64,000 nucleotides of DNA from Bdellovibrionota bacterium (GTDB lineage: Bacteria > Bdellovibrionota_G > JALEGL01 > DATDPG01): assembly GCA_963668355.1 (NCBI GenBank), contig OY764265.1, positions 832,001-896,000 of the forward strand. Reading direction: 5' to 3'. Shown here in pieces: positions 9,154 to 19,333 of the stretch. A program made the position numbers and the translations under genes. How positions within the stretch are numbered: position 1 is the stretch's first letter; each line of letters begins with the position of its first letter. Below the pieces are notes generated by a model. That model was not told the DNA's origin. It ran no database searches and worked only from the letters and a program-made list of their open reading frames with translations.

Positions 9154-10490
9154 GTAAACCTCGGCAGAAAAACGTAAGGAAACCAACCGGAGCTGGTCAT
9201 CTGACCGGTTTTTAACGGAACTGCGCTCTTATCCAACAAACTCCCATGGGCCTTTCCCACTTTAGCAACTCGCCGGGCACTGGGATGACGTTGACCGGAC
9301 AACAAAGCTGCAACTCTCCCATCCTTATATACTTTACCCTCAAAGCACATGGCCACACTGCGACTGACAAATTCATCTATCTTGCTCAAGGGGAAAATCA
9401 TCTGCTCCAAAAGAATCACTTGATCATGTTCTTTTAGGACATCCGAAAGTGTCTGCGTTCCGGCCCTCAATACAAGATTTGTGGGAAGAATTCTGGGGCT
9501 CAATTCGTACGCCCCTTCTAAAAATCGGCTTCGTCGAAATCCATTTCCGGAACTTTTGGATTGATTCCGTGCCGCAGATTCAAGATGGCTCAATCGACTT
9601 TTGACCTCAGGTCCAACACAAAGCGTCTTTTTGAACGTCGGCGTTCCTTCGTCATCAAAAGGAGCCTTTCGAAGTCCGCGTAAAAGAAAAGGATCATCCT
9701 CCAAGCAAAAAGACAAAGGCAACTGCTCCAAAGCCTGAGGCGTTTCTTTCGAATCCACCGAAACGGCCGAGGCTACGCCCAGACAGATCATCTCGACAAT
9801 CCAAGGAGAAAGGAGCAAGGAAGAAGTCCCCTTGGTGACTTGAATGCAGGGCAATGAGGTCGACATGTGATCGAGTTTTTTTCGACATTCCGCCAAAACA
9901 CTTTCTTCGGAATCCAAATGTTTCAAATAAACATTTTCCAAACGTTTTGTTTTCTCGTTCCAAAAGTGGAATGCTGCTCGTATCTGCCCACGATCATAAG
10001 AACCCGACAAACCCAAACTATTCTCCAAAGACACCGTTTCGGTGCGATAAGAGAGGGAAGAGGAGATCTTTAAATGTGGCCACTCCTTCGCCAAACGATC
10101 TCTCATCCCCAAAGTCATATCTGAAACGGTTTTCATGGAAGATAAGTCTTCCCTTTCCGGTGAAAGCTCACGATATTTCTGAGGACCGTTTAACGAATAT
10201 CGGGCCTTTTCCAAGGTGCATTGGAGGGGGGGGGGCCAATTCGATTCCAAAAAATCTTGGGCTTCTGGCCACTTAGAAAAAGCTCGGGAAAAACGCCCTA
10301 AAGCCTTCCCCTTGTGAGCCGTGAGAGCAAAGCTGGTCAACTCTCCCTGCATTTCAGAAAGCCTTCCCTCAAAATCAACCTCCGCCCGTCGCGTGCATTC
10401 TTCCGAACTTCGGATTTCCGCATCCTCCGCCCATTTTCCACAACGACGGAGGCAGTCACGCAACATGGATGAATTGATCCGCCTCGTCAT
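9144..10490 (-). CDS. TldE/PmbA-family protein (non-catalytic partner)
   Basis: NSLGL, DDPF...PFDDEGTPT, SSGNGFR, PTNL; no HExxH; directly upstream of and overlapping tldD. Start uncertain (10490 or 10466). Confidence 0.8.
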   Translation of the reverse strand: MTRRINSSMLRDCLRRCGKWAEDAEIRSSEECTRRAEVDFEGRLSEMQGELTSFALTAHKGKALGRFSRAFSKWPEAQDFLESNWPPPLQCTLEKARYSLNGPQKYRELSPEREDLSSMKTVSDMTLGMRDRLAKEWPHLKISSSLSYRTETVSLENSLGLSGSYDRGQIRAAFHFWNEKTKRLENVYLKHLDSEESVLAECRKKLDHMSTSLPCIQVTKGTSSLLLSPWIVEMICLGVASAVSVDSKETPQALEQLPLSFCLEDDPFLLRGLRKAPFDDEGTPTFKKTLCVGPEVKSRLSHLESAARNQSKSSGNGFRRSRFLEGAYELSPRILPTNLVLRAGTQTLSDVLKEHDQVILLEQMIFPLSKIDEFVSRSVAMCFEGKVYKDGRVAALLSGQRHPSARRVAKVGKAHGSLLDKSAVPLKTGQMTSSGWFPYVFLPRFTWG

Positions 10491-10613
10491 GTCTGCCCAG
10501 CTTTCAAAATTGGCTCGATCTTTTAAAAAAAAGATTCCACATTGGTCTCTCAAGAAAGATTAGCGTATAATACATCAATTATTTCGGCTATTTTTGAACG
10601 TCGAGACATAAGA

Positions 10614-11036
10614 ATGCCTGAAACCCCTCGAAAACAAAGACGTCGGTTCCCTAGATTTAAGATTACGCCCGTTTTTCGCCTAAAGGCTCGCGTTCGAGCC
10701 ATAGGAGAAAAGCAAACACACTACTTTGATGTGATCAACTTGAGCATGGGAGGAGCCCTTCTCATTTCCCACAAAGGCGTAAATTTCGACGCGAATGTGA
10801 GCAATGTGCTGGAGATCTTATTTTTCAGCGGAGATCTGTCGCTACGTTGTGTGGCACGAATCGCCCAAGGGACATTTGTAGAGAAAAATGAAGAAGACGA
10901 TGACTTGGACCCTCAATGCGTCCAGCTGGGGATCGAAATCGTGGGCATCGACGAAAAAAGCCGAAAACACCTTGGAGACTTCCTATATAAGCTAGACCAT
11001 CAAGAGAATGAAGTTCCCTCGGCCGCCTCACCCTAG
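10614..11036 (+). CDS. PilZ-domain protein
   Basis: QRRRFPRF (RxxxR) and INLSMGGA (NxSxxG); start moved to ATG 10614. Confidence 0.85.
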   Translation: MPETPRKQRRRFPRFKITPVFRLKARVRAIGEKQTHYFDVINLSMGGALLISHKGVNFDANVSNVLEILFFSGDLSLRCVARIAQGTFVEKNEEDDDLDPQCVQLGIEIVGIDEKSRKHLGDFLYKLDHQENEVPSAASP

Positions 11037-11062
11037 AAGTTCAACTCTTTCGATTTCCTTCG

Positions 11063-11569
11063 TTAAGAAATTTCTTTGGATAATTGTTCCAAGGCTTGCT
11101 TCTTAATGTGGTTCTTCACCACCCTTTTTCCTTTCACGGATATCGCCTCAAAACACCCACCATATTCGCGAGGGCTTACTTCCCGTATGATTCGAAACTT
11201 TGCCTCCACATCATCTTCAGTAAACTTCAAGAGAATCGGAAAAACATCCCCCTTCGAAAATTCCAAATCTTCCGAAAAGCTCAGCAACATCCCGGTTGCG
11301 CTCAAGTCTTCGGCCTTTCCTTTGATCTCCTGCCCCAGGTAAGTAAGAATGACATCCACTTCCACTTTGGTGCGGAACGTTGATCGAGCCTCCTGGGAGG
11401 AAAACTTCTCAAAGCTGGAGATGGCCTGTCGATCCTTCCGATCTTGGACATCTTTGAGAAGGTCTTGCAAGTCGCTTCGGATCAAACGAAGCACCGTCAA
11501 AACACTCAGCTGCGTGAACAATAAGAAGACCAACGCAACCAAGAAAACTGAGATCAAGGAACTGGGCAT
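11063..11569 (-). CDS. Membrane-anchored PilZ-domain protein (paralog of 7344..7874)
   Basis: N-terminal TM helix; EARSTFR and EDLSATGM motifs. Confidence 0.85.
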   Translation of the reverse strand: MPSSLISVFLVALVFLLFTQLSVLTVLRLIRSDLQDLLKDVQDRKDRQAISSFEKFSSQEARSTFRTKVEVDVILTYLGQEIKGKAEDLSATGMLLSFSEDLEFSKGDVFPILLKFTEDDVEAKFRIIREVSPREYGGCFEAISVKGKRVVKNHIKKQALEQLSKEIS

Positions 11570-11724
11570 TTCAAAGCCATGATAGCGGATACAAGCAATT
11601 TACGTCTATTCTTTCAGCCCTTTCGTTTTTTGGCTCCTCAAAAAGACTTTTTTAGAAAGCATACTTTTTTCTATCTTGTTATCGTTTTCTGTTAAAATAA
11701 CCTTTTAATACTAAAGGTTTTTCT

Positions 11725-13146
11725 GTGAGCTCCGATACACCTAAAGCATGCATTCGCTCCGACGCGATTATATCTCAAGTCGATTCCTATTCGTATGAAC
11801 TGGAAAATCCCGAAACGGGAGGTGTTTTAAAACTCGACGACACGGGGTACCTGGTAGCTGAACACTTTGAAACGGGCGATCTGACCGTTGACGAAGTCGT
11901 CACCTCCCTCAAAGAGCAACACCATCTAAAAATATCAAAGGCTGACGTACTGGATTTTTTGGTGAGAGCCGATGCACTAAACCTTCTGGAAACGCCTCTA
12001 GAAGAGCTGGGAATCGACGCCCAACCTCAAAACACTCAAGAAGAAGAATACGCACCTACGGGGCAAATTGAAGACAGAGAAAGCATCTTAAAACTCTATC
12101 GCAGTCGAGTTCATCGTTTCATTTTTTCATTCAGCCCAAAAACCTGGGCAGTTCTGCTGGGGGTCATTTTTCTCATGCTGATTCCTTGGCCATACAAGGT
12201 GGCTGGAACCATCGTGGTCAAACCAATCCAACAAATGACGGTTCGAACCCCGGTCTCAGGAACTCTGGCAGAGTTTTATGTGTCCGAAGGAGACCGAGTG
12301 GAAAAAGGCCAAATCTTGGCTCAGTTGGATGATTATCAAAGTGATATTGCTCGAAAACAAACGGAACTCGCTCGCGTCAAAGCCGAACTAGACAAGCTTG
12401 AAACCGGGGCCACTCATGCGGAGATCAACCGAGCTAAAAAAGAGGCAGACCTTTCACAAAAGATTTTTTCTCAAGCCAAAGCGAAGGCCGAGAGGTATCG
12501 AAAATTATTTTCTCAAAACCTGATTTCCGAGCAAGATTTCAATGAAGCCATCGCCATTTCGGAAATCAAGCAAAAGGAACACGAACAGGCTCTTGCTCAA
12601 CTGGATTTGATTCGGGGAGGAACCCGTCCCGAATTGATTCGGGCAAAAAAAGCGGACTTACACGTCCTGGAGCTGGACCTTCAGCTTTTAAAAACCCTGC
12701 AAGGTCTTCGATCCATTCGATCCCCCCTTCAAGGCGTGGTTATATCGGACAACCTTCCTGAACTCATTGGAAAGAAAATGGGGCCTGGGGACCCCATCAT
12801 CATTGTCGCCTCAGACACCCTTTTAGACATTGAAGCTGTAATCGAAGAAAGAGACATTGCCTCCATCCAAAGGGGACAAATCATGAACTTCAAAGTTCAT
12901 GCACTCCCAGACGAGACCTTCGAGACCAAAGTCGAAAAGATTGCCCCCATCGGCGAACTCTCGAACTCTGCCCTAACCAAAGAGGGGGGAAGTGTTTTTC
13001 GAATTCACTGCTACTTGAACAACTCTGAGCAAAAATTGCGCCCTGGGATGACAGGAGTCGGTCGAATATTCATCGAAACTCGACCCATTGGAGCTTTTGT
13101 GTTCAGTCGGGTCATTCGACATATAAAGGTGAATTACGTTCTTTAA
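11725..13146 (+). CDS. RRE/PqqD-like domain + HlyD-family membrane fusion protein
   Basis: N-terminus LENPETGGVLKLDDTGYLVAEHF...DVLDFLVRADALNLLE (PqqD-like); TM; VRTPVSG, VSEGDRVEKGQILAQL, coiled coil, IRSPLQG, LRPGMTG. Confidence 0.85.
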   Translation: MSSDTPKACIRSDAIISQVDSYSYELENPETGGVLKLDDTGYLVAEHFETGDLTVDEVVTSLKEQHHLKISKADVLDFLVRADALNLLETPLEELGIDAQPQNTQEEEYAPTGQIEDRESILKLYRSRVHRFIFSFSPKTWAVLLGVIFLMLIPWPYKVAGTIVVKPIQQMTVRTPVSGTLAEFYVSEGDRVEKGQILAQLDDYQSDIARKQTELARVKAELDKLETGATHAEINRAKKEADLSQKIFSQAKAKAERYRKLFSQNLISEQDFNEAIAISEIKQKEHEQALAQLDLIRGGTRPELIRAKKADLHVLELDLQLLKTLQGLRSIRSPLQGVVISDNLPELIGKKMGPGDPIIIVASDTLLDIEAVIEERDIASIQRGQIMNFKVHALPDETFETKVEKIAPIGELSNSALTKEGGSVFRIHCYLNNSEQKLRPGMTGVGRIFIETRPIGAFVFSRVIRHIKVNYVL

Positions 13147-13156
13147 AACCTACAAA

Positions 13157-15673
13157 TTGAGGGATGAACTTGTACTTCGCACAAGAACGACCCAAAAAGG
13201 ACTTAGCCACACATTATCCGATCCAACCAAGTCCATTTTCTTTGAAGTTCAATTTCTCCAATATATTATATTAAGGTTTTTTCTTTCTCGAAGAGCCACC
13301 GCCCAAGAAGCCTCAGAATACCTATCCGTTCGAATCGGTGCGGAATTAGAACCCACACAGATCGAGCACTTCATGGACAAAATAAAAGAGCGTGGATTGC
13401 TGGAGCCTGATCGAAAGACCCCTTTTTCAATTTTCACTCGATATCAAACTTCCCGGAAGCTGAGACACGATTTTAAGATCCTCGTATCTCGTAATTGGAG
13501 TCGAGAAAAACCCTCAGAAGAGGAAAAAGAACTCGTATCAAATATCTTTTGGCTACTTCGGAAAGGAGATCTTTTTGAGGCCTTGAAACAAGCAGAAATG
13601 GCAACGAAGAAGAGTCCGGAAAAAAAGCTTCCTCTTTTGTTTCACGAAAAGATACGAGAAGCCATCGTCCGAAACCAAGAAGCCTTTTCTGAAAGAGGAA
13701 AACACGAGATTTTCATCACTCGGATTCCCTTGTGGAATCCCACTCGCATTTTGGAAATAACAAAAAAGTTCATTTCCTTTCTTTTTTCATTTTGGGGACT
13801 TCTTTGCGTGGGAACTGCGGCAATCCTTGCCACCACCATCTACCGAGAAACTTCAGATTTTTGGGTTGGCGACTTTTTTTTTCATGTAGAGGCTGTAGCC
13901 AGCTACCCGCTAATGGTCTTTGCGGTACACATCGTTAGTACAATCGTGCATGAGTTTAGTCACGCTGCCACCTGCCATCATTTTGGAGGGAAGGTTCGAA
14001 ATATCGGATTCATTATGTTTTTGGGGTTCATACCTGGGATGTACGCAGACGTAACCGACATCTATTACCTGACAAAATATCGACGAATCGCCGTATTAGC
14101 CGCAGGTGCTTTCGGTCAGTTAATTCTTTGGGTTCTTGCCACAATCATTTGGTTTGTGACGGAACCCAATTCTTTCTTAAACCTCTTAGCCTACTTCTTC
14201 ATTTTACTAAATGGCACAGAGGTTCTCGGTAATCTTCTGCCATTGGGTTATAAAACCGACGGTTATTATATTTTGGTGGAATTGCTGGATGAGGAAAATT
14301 TATTTTTCCGAAGCTTCGCCTATGCCAAAAACGTTTTGTTGCGAATGTTTACACCTTCGATAGAGCCTTTGGAAAAAGATCTTCCTAGGTGGAAAAAATT
14401 CTTTATGATCCTTTACGCCCTCTCTTTAACCGCTCCCATGGTCGTTGCTCTTCCCCTGGGCATATACATGACCATCCGTATGTTTCACGTCTTTGCATAT
14501 TGGATGTCGCCAATTTTCTTCATGGGTCCGATCATTTGGACATTTCTAGCCATTAAAGGCATTGGAATCGCTTCAAAATGGATTTGGACTCATCGCTCTT
14601 CGACTTCTTTTAAGAAGCTTTTCACAAAATTGAAACCAAAGCATGCGGTGGTCATTCTCTTTTTATTGGTGCCCTTTTTCCCCACCTCGATGAACATCCG
14701 CTCTCCTGCCCACATCGTTCCCGCAGAAACCGTTGACCTCTATGCCCATATAGATGGCTCCATACGTGAAATACATATCAAAACAGGAGAGGCGGTTAAA
14801 AAAGGGGACCTTCTTATTTCGCTTGAAAATCCAGACTTGGAAAAAGCCTTAAAGCAAACTCTATGGAAACGCGAGAAGGTACGTGCCACCTCCTTAGTGA
14901 ATTTGTTCCAAACGCTTCCGGGAGAAAAACGAATCGAAGAACTCCGACTCGAATCAGCGCAAAAAAAACTTGAATATGCTCAAGCCAATCTGAAACGAAT
15001 TCAAAAAGCGTTTTTCAATGGAGTTGTCTCCGAAGAGAATTTATTCCAAGCTCTCGAACATCTTGAACACGCATCTGCAAATTACGAAGTCGTCTTAGCT
15101 CAATTCAAACTCAAACTTTCTGGGCCCACTTCCTATACGAAGTTAATCGAAGAATCCAATATCCGCATGAGCCAAATCGATCTTCGACAACTTCAGGCCA
15201 AAGTAAAAAACCTTCAAGTTTTTTCACCCATCGACGGGGTCATTCTTCCTGGGAATTTTGACGAAATGCTTGGGAAGCATGTTATGCCCGGAGAGCACCT
15301 TGTTTCCATTGGCACCCATGAAGTCACGATCGAAGCTTTCGTTTCTGAAAATGATGTTGCAAAATTCCATCTTTTCGCGCCAACTCGTTTTATCGGAAAA
15401 GGAGATCGGAATCTTCGGGTAGGGCGGGTCGACTTCATTTCGACTCATGCAGAAAAACAAAACCTACCACGAGGCCCGTTTGCAGGTTATTCCCTCTTTC
15501 CGGAAATGAGCGCCGTAAAAATTCGATCCAACATTTCTCCTCAGGAAAGTTCAAACTTATTGGTTGGAATGACCGGCCGAGTCGAAGTGGATGCGGGCAC
15601 TCATACACTTTTTTACGTGTTCACAAGAGACCTGTGGAAAGCGATGAAATTTGCATTTTGGAAAGGGCTATAA
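13157..15673 (+). CDS. RRE/PqqD-like + M50 (site-2) intramembrane metalloprotease + HlyD domain fusion
   Basis: N-terminal LRDEL...LSDPT...FMDKIKERGLLE; IVHEFSH (HExxH), NLLP..KTDGYY (NxxPxxxxDG-type third ligand); multiple TMs; C-terminal HIKTGEAVKKGDLL, SPIDG, LLVGMTG. Confidence 0.88.
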   Translation: MRDELVLRTRTTQKGLSHTLSDPTKSIFFEVQFLQYIILRFFLSRRATAQEASEYLSVRIGAELEPTQIEHFMDKIKERGLLEPDRKTPFSIFTRYQTSRKLRHDFKILVSRNWSREKPSEEEKELVSNIFWLLRKGDLFEALKQAEMATKKSPEKKLPLLFHEKIREAIVRNQEAFSERGKHEIFITRIPLWNPTRILEITKKFISFLFSFWGLLCVGTAAILATTIYRETSDFWVGDFFFHVEAVASYPLMVFAVHIVSTIVHEFSHAATCHHFGGKVRNIGFIMFLGFIPGMYADVTDIYYLTKYRRIAVLAAGAFGQLILWVLATIIWFVTEPNSFLNLLAYFFILLNGTEVLGNLLPLGYKTDGYYILVELLDEENLFFRSFAYAKNVLLRMFTPSIEPLEKDLPRWKKFFMILYALSLTAPMVVALPLGIYMTIRMFHVFAYWMSPIFFMGPIIWTFLAIKGIGIASKWIWTHRSSTSFKKLFTKLKPKHAVVILFLLVPFFPTSMNIRSPAHIVPAETVDLYAHIDGSIREIHIKTGEAVKKGDLLISLENPDLEKALKQTLWKREKVRATSLVNLFQTLPGEKRIEELRLESAQKKLEYAQANLKRIQKAFFNGVVSEENLFQALEHLEHASANYEVVLAQFKLKLSGPTSYTKLIEESNIRMSQIDLRQLQAKVKNLQVFSPIDGVILPGNFDEMLGKHVMPGEHLVSIGTHEVTIEAFVSENDVAKFHLFAPTRFIGKGDRNLRVGRVDFISTHAEKQNLPRGPFAGYSLFPEMSAVKIRSNISPQESSNLLVGMTGRVEVDAGTHTLFYVFTRDLWKAMKFAFWKGL

Positions 15674-17635
15674 AACTTTTCCCACAACCAAAGTGATATC
15701 GTCCTTCCTAGGAACTTCTCCGAAAAATTCATAGGCATCTTCAATCAACTTGGCTCGAATCTGATCCACCGGATCATCATACATTTTTTTCAAGGTCTGC
15801 ATGATGTTCCGCTTTCCGTACATGTCACCGTTTGCATTTTCGCATTCCAGAATTCCATCTGTGTACCAAACAATCAAATCTCCCGATTCCAATTGAATTT
15901 CGTTTTCATCAAATTTTATGTTTTTCGTTTCCCCCAATCGACCACTGGGTTCACTGGGAAGGACAGAAACTTTTGAACGACCTTTTTGTTTTCGACAAAT
16001 GAAGGGCCGGTTGTGACCGGCATTGGCATATCGAAGAATTTTCGTCTCATTGTCAAACACAGAGGCAAAAAACGTCATAAGCAGACTTCCACGCGTAGAT
16101 TCAAGAATAACGTCGTTAAGCGTGGAAAGCATTTGATTGGTTGGAAAGGTACGAACTTCAGAAATTTTCTGACTCAGGGCTTCCACATCAGCTACTTCCG
16201 GAGAATGCTTTTTCAGCACATCCCGAAGACCATTTTCCGCCCCTTGCACGCCCTTAAAAAACCCATTCGCGATGGCTGTAATCAAAGCAGCAGGCATTCC
16301 GTGACCGGTCACGTCCCCAATCAATACAGTTGCATTCTTTCCCGTTTGGTCTTGCCCATATCCAAACCAATCCCCGCCGGTTTCCGTAGATGTATCAATG
16401 AAACTCGACAAAGAGAGTTGACCAAAGCTAACGACACGCTCGGGGAATAGCATTTCTTGAACGGTGGAGGCCATCGTCAATTCATCCTTCATGCGCCGTT
16501 CGCTTGCAGCCAGTTTGTCATGAGCCTCCTGAAGCTGATCCAGAAGACGGTTAAAGGAACGCGTGAGCACCCCAATCTCAGCTCCAAATATGCCTTGGAT
16601 CCGAATGCCCATATTGTTCTCTTCCATAATGGTAAGCATCGTTTTGGCCATTCGAATCAGGGGATTGGCAATTGCTCGGGCGAGAAAATAACCAACAATG
16701 GCAGACAACAATGTGGCCAAGCATGCCACAAACAAAACTCGAAATACGGTTTGATTTCTGGCCTCAAGAATCGGAGCATAAGATTCTTGCAAAGCCAATA
16801 CAGCCACTCGCTGCTTATCCACGCCCAGAATCTCAGAAAAGAACGTCAAATAGGACGTCCCCGCTACAACCAACTCTTCTTCGAGAAATTCTTTCTCTCG
16901 TAGGCCGGCATAGTGCTTTTGTTTCGGATATTCCGTGAGTCGTTCTTCTTCCTTTTCGATCGAAGATCCAAAGACCTGATTTTTGTCAAAAATCACCACT
17001 TCGGTTCCGGCCGCCGCAGAAATCTCCTTTGCCAAGGAGTCCTGGCAAAGCTTTCCCAAAAAAATAACTCCCATATTTCGCCCAAAATGGGAGACACATT
17101 CCAAGGCGAAGAGATAAATGCGATCTCCCAACACCATCCATCCATGGGCCTCATCTCCTGGAAACGGTGTCAAGCGACTCTGAATCTCTTTTGATTTACG
17201 CAAGAAAGGAATGGTTACTTCTTGCCCTGTGTTCACGAAAACTGCGTCTTTTATCGTAAGATACTCCTCTGGTCTCGGAACAAAGGCCACCAGATCGGCC
17301 TGACTCATTGCTTTAAATTCTTCAATTTTCTGCTGAATGCCAAGTGCCGCGTCGTAAGAAAGGCGACTTCCGAAATCGACATCCGAAGTAACGAGATTCG
17401 CATACACCTCCAAGCCTCGGGTCGAATTGGCAATGAACGTTGAGGCCACTTTGGAGGTTTCTCGAATCTTTTCCCTGGCCGACTTTTTCATGCTCGAAAC
17501 CAAAACCAACGTAAATACGAGTGTGATTACTAGGGCAGAAAAAACCACGACCCCGGCAAAAGCCACAGCCAATCTTTTCTTCAATGAAACGTCTTTGAAA
17601 AAAGTCATAGAAACGAGAAGATCAAAGCCCTTCAC
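15668..17635 (-). CDS. Membrane sensor PP2C/SpoIIE-family phosphatase with HAMP domain
   Basis: Two TMs flanking a periplasmic domain, HAMP (IANPLIRM...EIGVLTRSFN), GGDWF, GDVTGHG, NAGH, YTDG, DDIT. Confidence 0.92.
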   Translation of the reverse strand: MKGFDLLVSMTFFKDVSLKKRLAVAFAGVVVFSALVITLVFTLVLVSSMKKSAREKIRETSKVASTFIANSTRGLEVYANLVTSDVDFGSRLSYDAALGIQQKIEEFKAMSQADLVAFVPRPEEYLTIKDAVFVNTGQEVTIPFLRKSKEIQSRLTPFPGDEAHGWMVLGDRIYLFALECVSHFGRNMGVIFLGKLCQDSLAKEISAAAGTEVVIFDKNQVFGSSIEKEEERLTEYPKQKHYAGLREKEFLEEELVVAGTSYLTFFSEILGVDKQRVAVLALQESYAPILEARNQTVFRVLFVACLATLLSAIVGYFLARAIANPLIRMAKTMLTIMEENNMGIRIQGIFGAEIGVLTRSFNRLLDQLQEAHDKLAASERRMKDELTMASTVQEMLFPERVVSFGQLSLSSFIDTSTETGGDWFGYGQDQTGKNATVLIGDVTGHGMPAALITAIANGFFKGVQGAENGLRDVLKKHSPEVADVEALSQKISEVRTFPTNQMLSTLNDVILESTRGSLLMTFFASVFDNETKILRYANAGHNRPFICRKQKGRSKVSVLPSEPSGRLGETKNIKFDENEIQLESGDLIVWYTDGILECENANGDMYGKRNIMQTLKKMYDDPVDQIRAKLIEDAYEFFGEVPRKDDITLVVGKVL

Positions 17636-17650
17636 GTTTAAGTTTATGCT

Positions 17651-19333
17651 TTAAATTCTTTTCTTCCAGTTTTTTTCCAACCAACCCGCAAGGACTTTTA
17701 AAGCACTGTTTGAAAACTCTTGTGGGACATCATATTCATAGCCAGGATAAATTTTTTGGGATTTCGTTAAAAAATGATTCAAACCAGGAAGACACTGAGA
17801 CTGAAAACTCACTCCAGCCGAACTTAACTCCTGACATAAGAATTCATGCTCACTGGGTAAAATTTCCAAATCCGCCCCTCCATGGAGCAAGAGCAAGGGA
17901 CAGCTCATCTTTTTCGCATTCTCAAACGGAGCCTCTCGCAAACGCTCTACCCACCATGCGTAGGGATGACCCAAATACTTCAGATCCAGTTTCTTTTGAT
18001 CATCCATTTGGGCAATGCGTCGCATCTGACCCAACACATCTTGAATTGGAGCCAACTGTTTTCGAATGCTTTGGCGTGACCAACCCAAAAGTTGGTACCT
18101 TTTCTCAAACTTGGCCAAAAATGTTTGATCAATGGTCCTCGCGGGACTCGAAATTCCCACCATCCCCTCCACACTTAACCCATGAGCAATTCCGGAAAAA
18201 GCCAGACGAGCTCCTTCGCTGCAACCCAAAACCACGACGGGAGAACTGATGCGCTTTCTCACAAACTCCACAGCTGAAAACACATCCTGCTCCAAGCTCT
18301 TCAATGTGGCTTCTTCCAAACTTCCGGCGCTTTCTCCAACGCCTCGCTTGTCATACCGCAAGACAGCACAGCCTCGTTTGGAAAGCTTCCTAGCCAACTC
18401 CAAAAAAGGTTGCGCAGGACAACGCTCAATATCCCTTCCTTCATACCCACTCCCACTATTCCTCGTTTCGGCTCCACTCCCATGAATCAGGACGAGGGAA
18501 ACAAAGGGTTTCTGCTTTTGAGGGACTCTCAGGGTTCCTTTGAGAAGCGTTCCATCGAATGACTTAAATTGTATGGCCTCTCCCCCCCTCATCTTCTTCC
18601 AAAGGACAAGCCTTTGCGTAATTTGGGGTCTTTTTCTTTCTCGCACGGAAGAGAACGGCCTGATTCTCGAAAGCGCTTCCATTCGAATTCCTACATGAGG
18701 AAAAAAAAGACGCTGTGGCCCCACGTCTCCCCACTCAACCCAGGCCATTCGTTCGATATTTGAAACGTGCTTACAAAGAGGACGAAAATGAATTCGCCAC
18801 AGTTGATCCAGCAGAGGAGCCTCCTTGAAGGGCCAATGATCCAATTCGTTTCGATGGGTTACCCGGACGCAATTCATTTCTCCCATCCACAGCCGCTCTG
18901 GATTAAAAAACGGGATGCTTAACTCATTCTTGGAGCGAAGACGCTCTTGCAAGACAAAGTAACTGGGAAGAAATCCGGTCGAAAATGGGAATAGGTTTTT
19001 TGAAAAGCCCAGATCCTCCTTCCAAACCACACCCATTTTTTTTCGGACCATTTTCCAAGAGTCTTTTTCCGTCCTCAACCACAAGTCCTGAGACAATTTC
19101 CGATTTTTGATTTCGTGAACAAAAGAAAGTTGCAATGAGTGAAGCTTTACATCTTTAAAAACCACGCGAGACGCACCCTCTTTGTCCGCAAGCGACCATC
19201 GATTTTGCCAGACGCTTTGACCTCCCTGATCCCGATGGCTCAAATGAGAAAAAACAGATTTTTTTTGAATTCCAGAAATTTCGAAAGAAAATTGGTTTTG
19301 ATTCATGATGAGGAAGAAGAGGACAATTTCCAT
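17651..19333 (-). CDS. Alpha/beta-hydrolase (S9/S33-like peptidase/esterase) with uncharacterised N-terminal domain
   Basis: LIHGSG, LRYDKRGVGES, GCSEG nucleophile elbow, LHGGAD, NH; overlaps the tolC 3' end. Confidence 0.85.
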   Translation of the reverse strand: MEIVLFFLIMNQNQFSFEISGIQKKSVFSHLSHRDQGGQSVWQNRWSLADKEGASRVVFKDVKLHSLQLSFVHEIKNRKLSQDLWLRTEKDSWKMVRKKMGVVWKEDLGFSKNLFPFSTGFLPSYFVLQERLRSKNELSIPFFNPERLWMGEMNCVRVTHRNELDHWPFKEAPLLDQLWRIHFRPLCKHVSNIERMAWVEWGDVGPQRLFFPHVGIRMEALSRIRPFSSVRERKRPQITQRLVLWKKMRGGEAIQFKSFDGTLLKGTLRVPQKQKPFVSLVLIHGSGAETRNSGSGYEGRDIERCPAQPFLELARKLSKRGCAVLRYDKRGVGESAGSLEEATLKSLEQDVFSAVEFVRKRISSPVVVLGCSEGARLAFSGIAHGLSVEGMVGISSPARTIDQTFLAKFEKRYQLLGWSRQSIRKQLAPIQDVLGQMRRIAQMDDQKKLDLKYLGHPYAWWVERLREAPFENAKKMSCPLLLLHGGADLEILPSEHEFLCQELSSAGVSFQSQCLPGLNHFLTKSQKIYPGYEYDVPQEFSNSALKVLAGWLEKNWKKRI

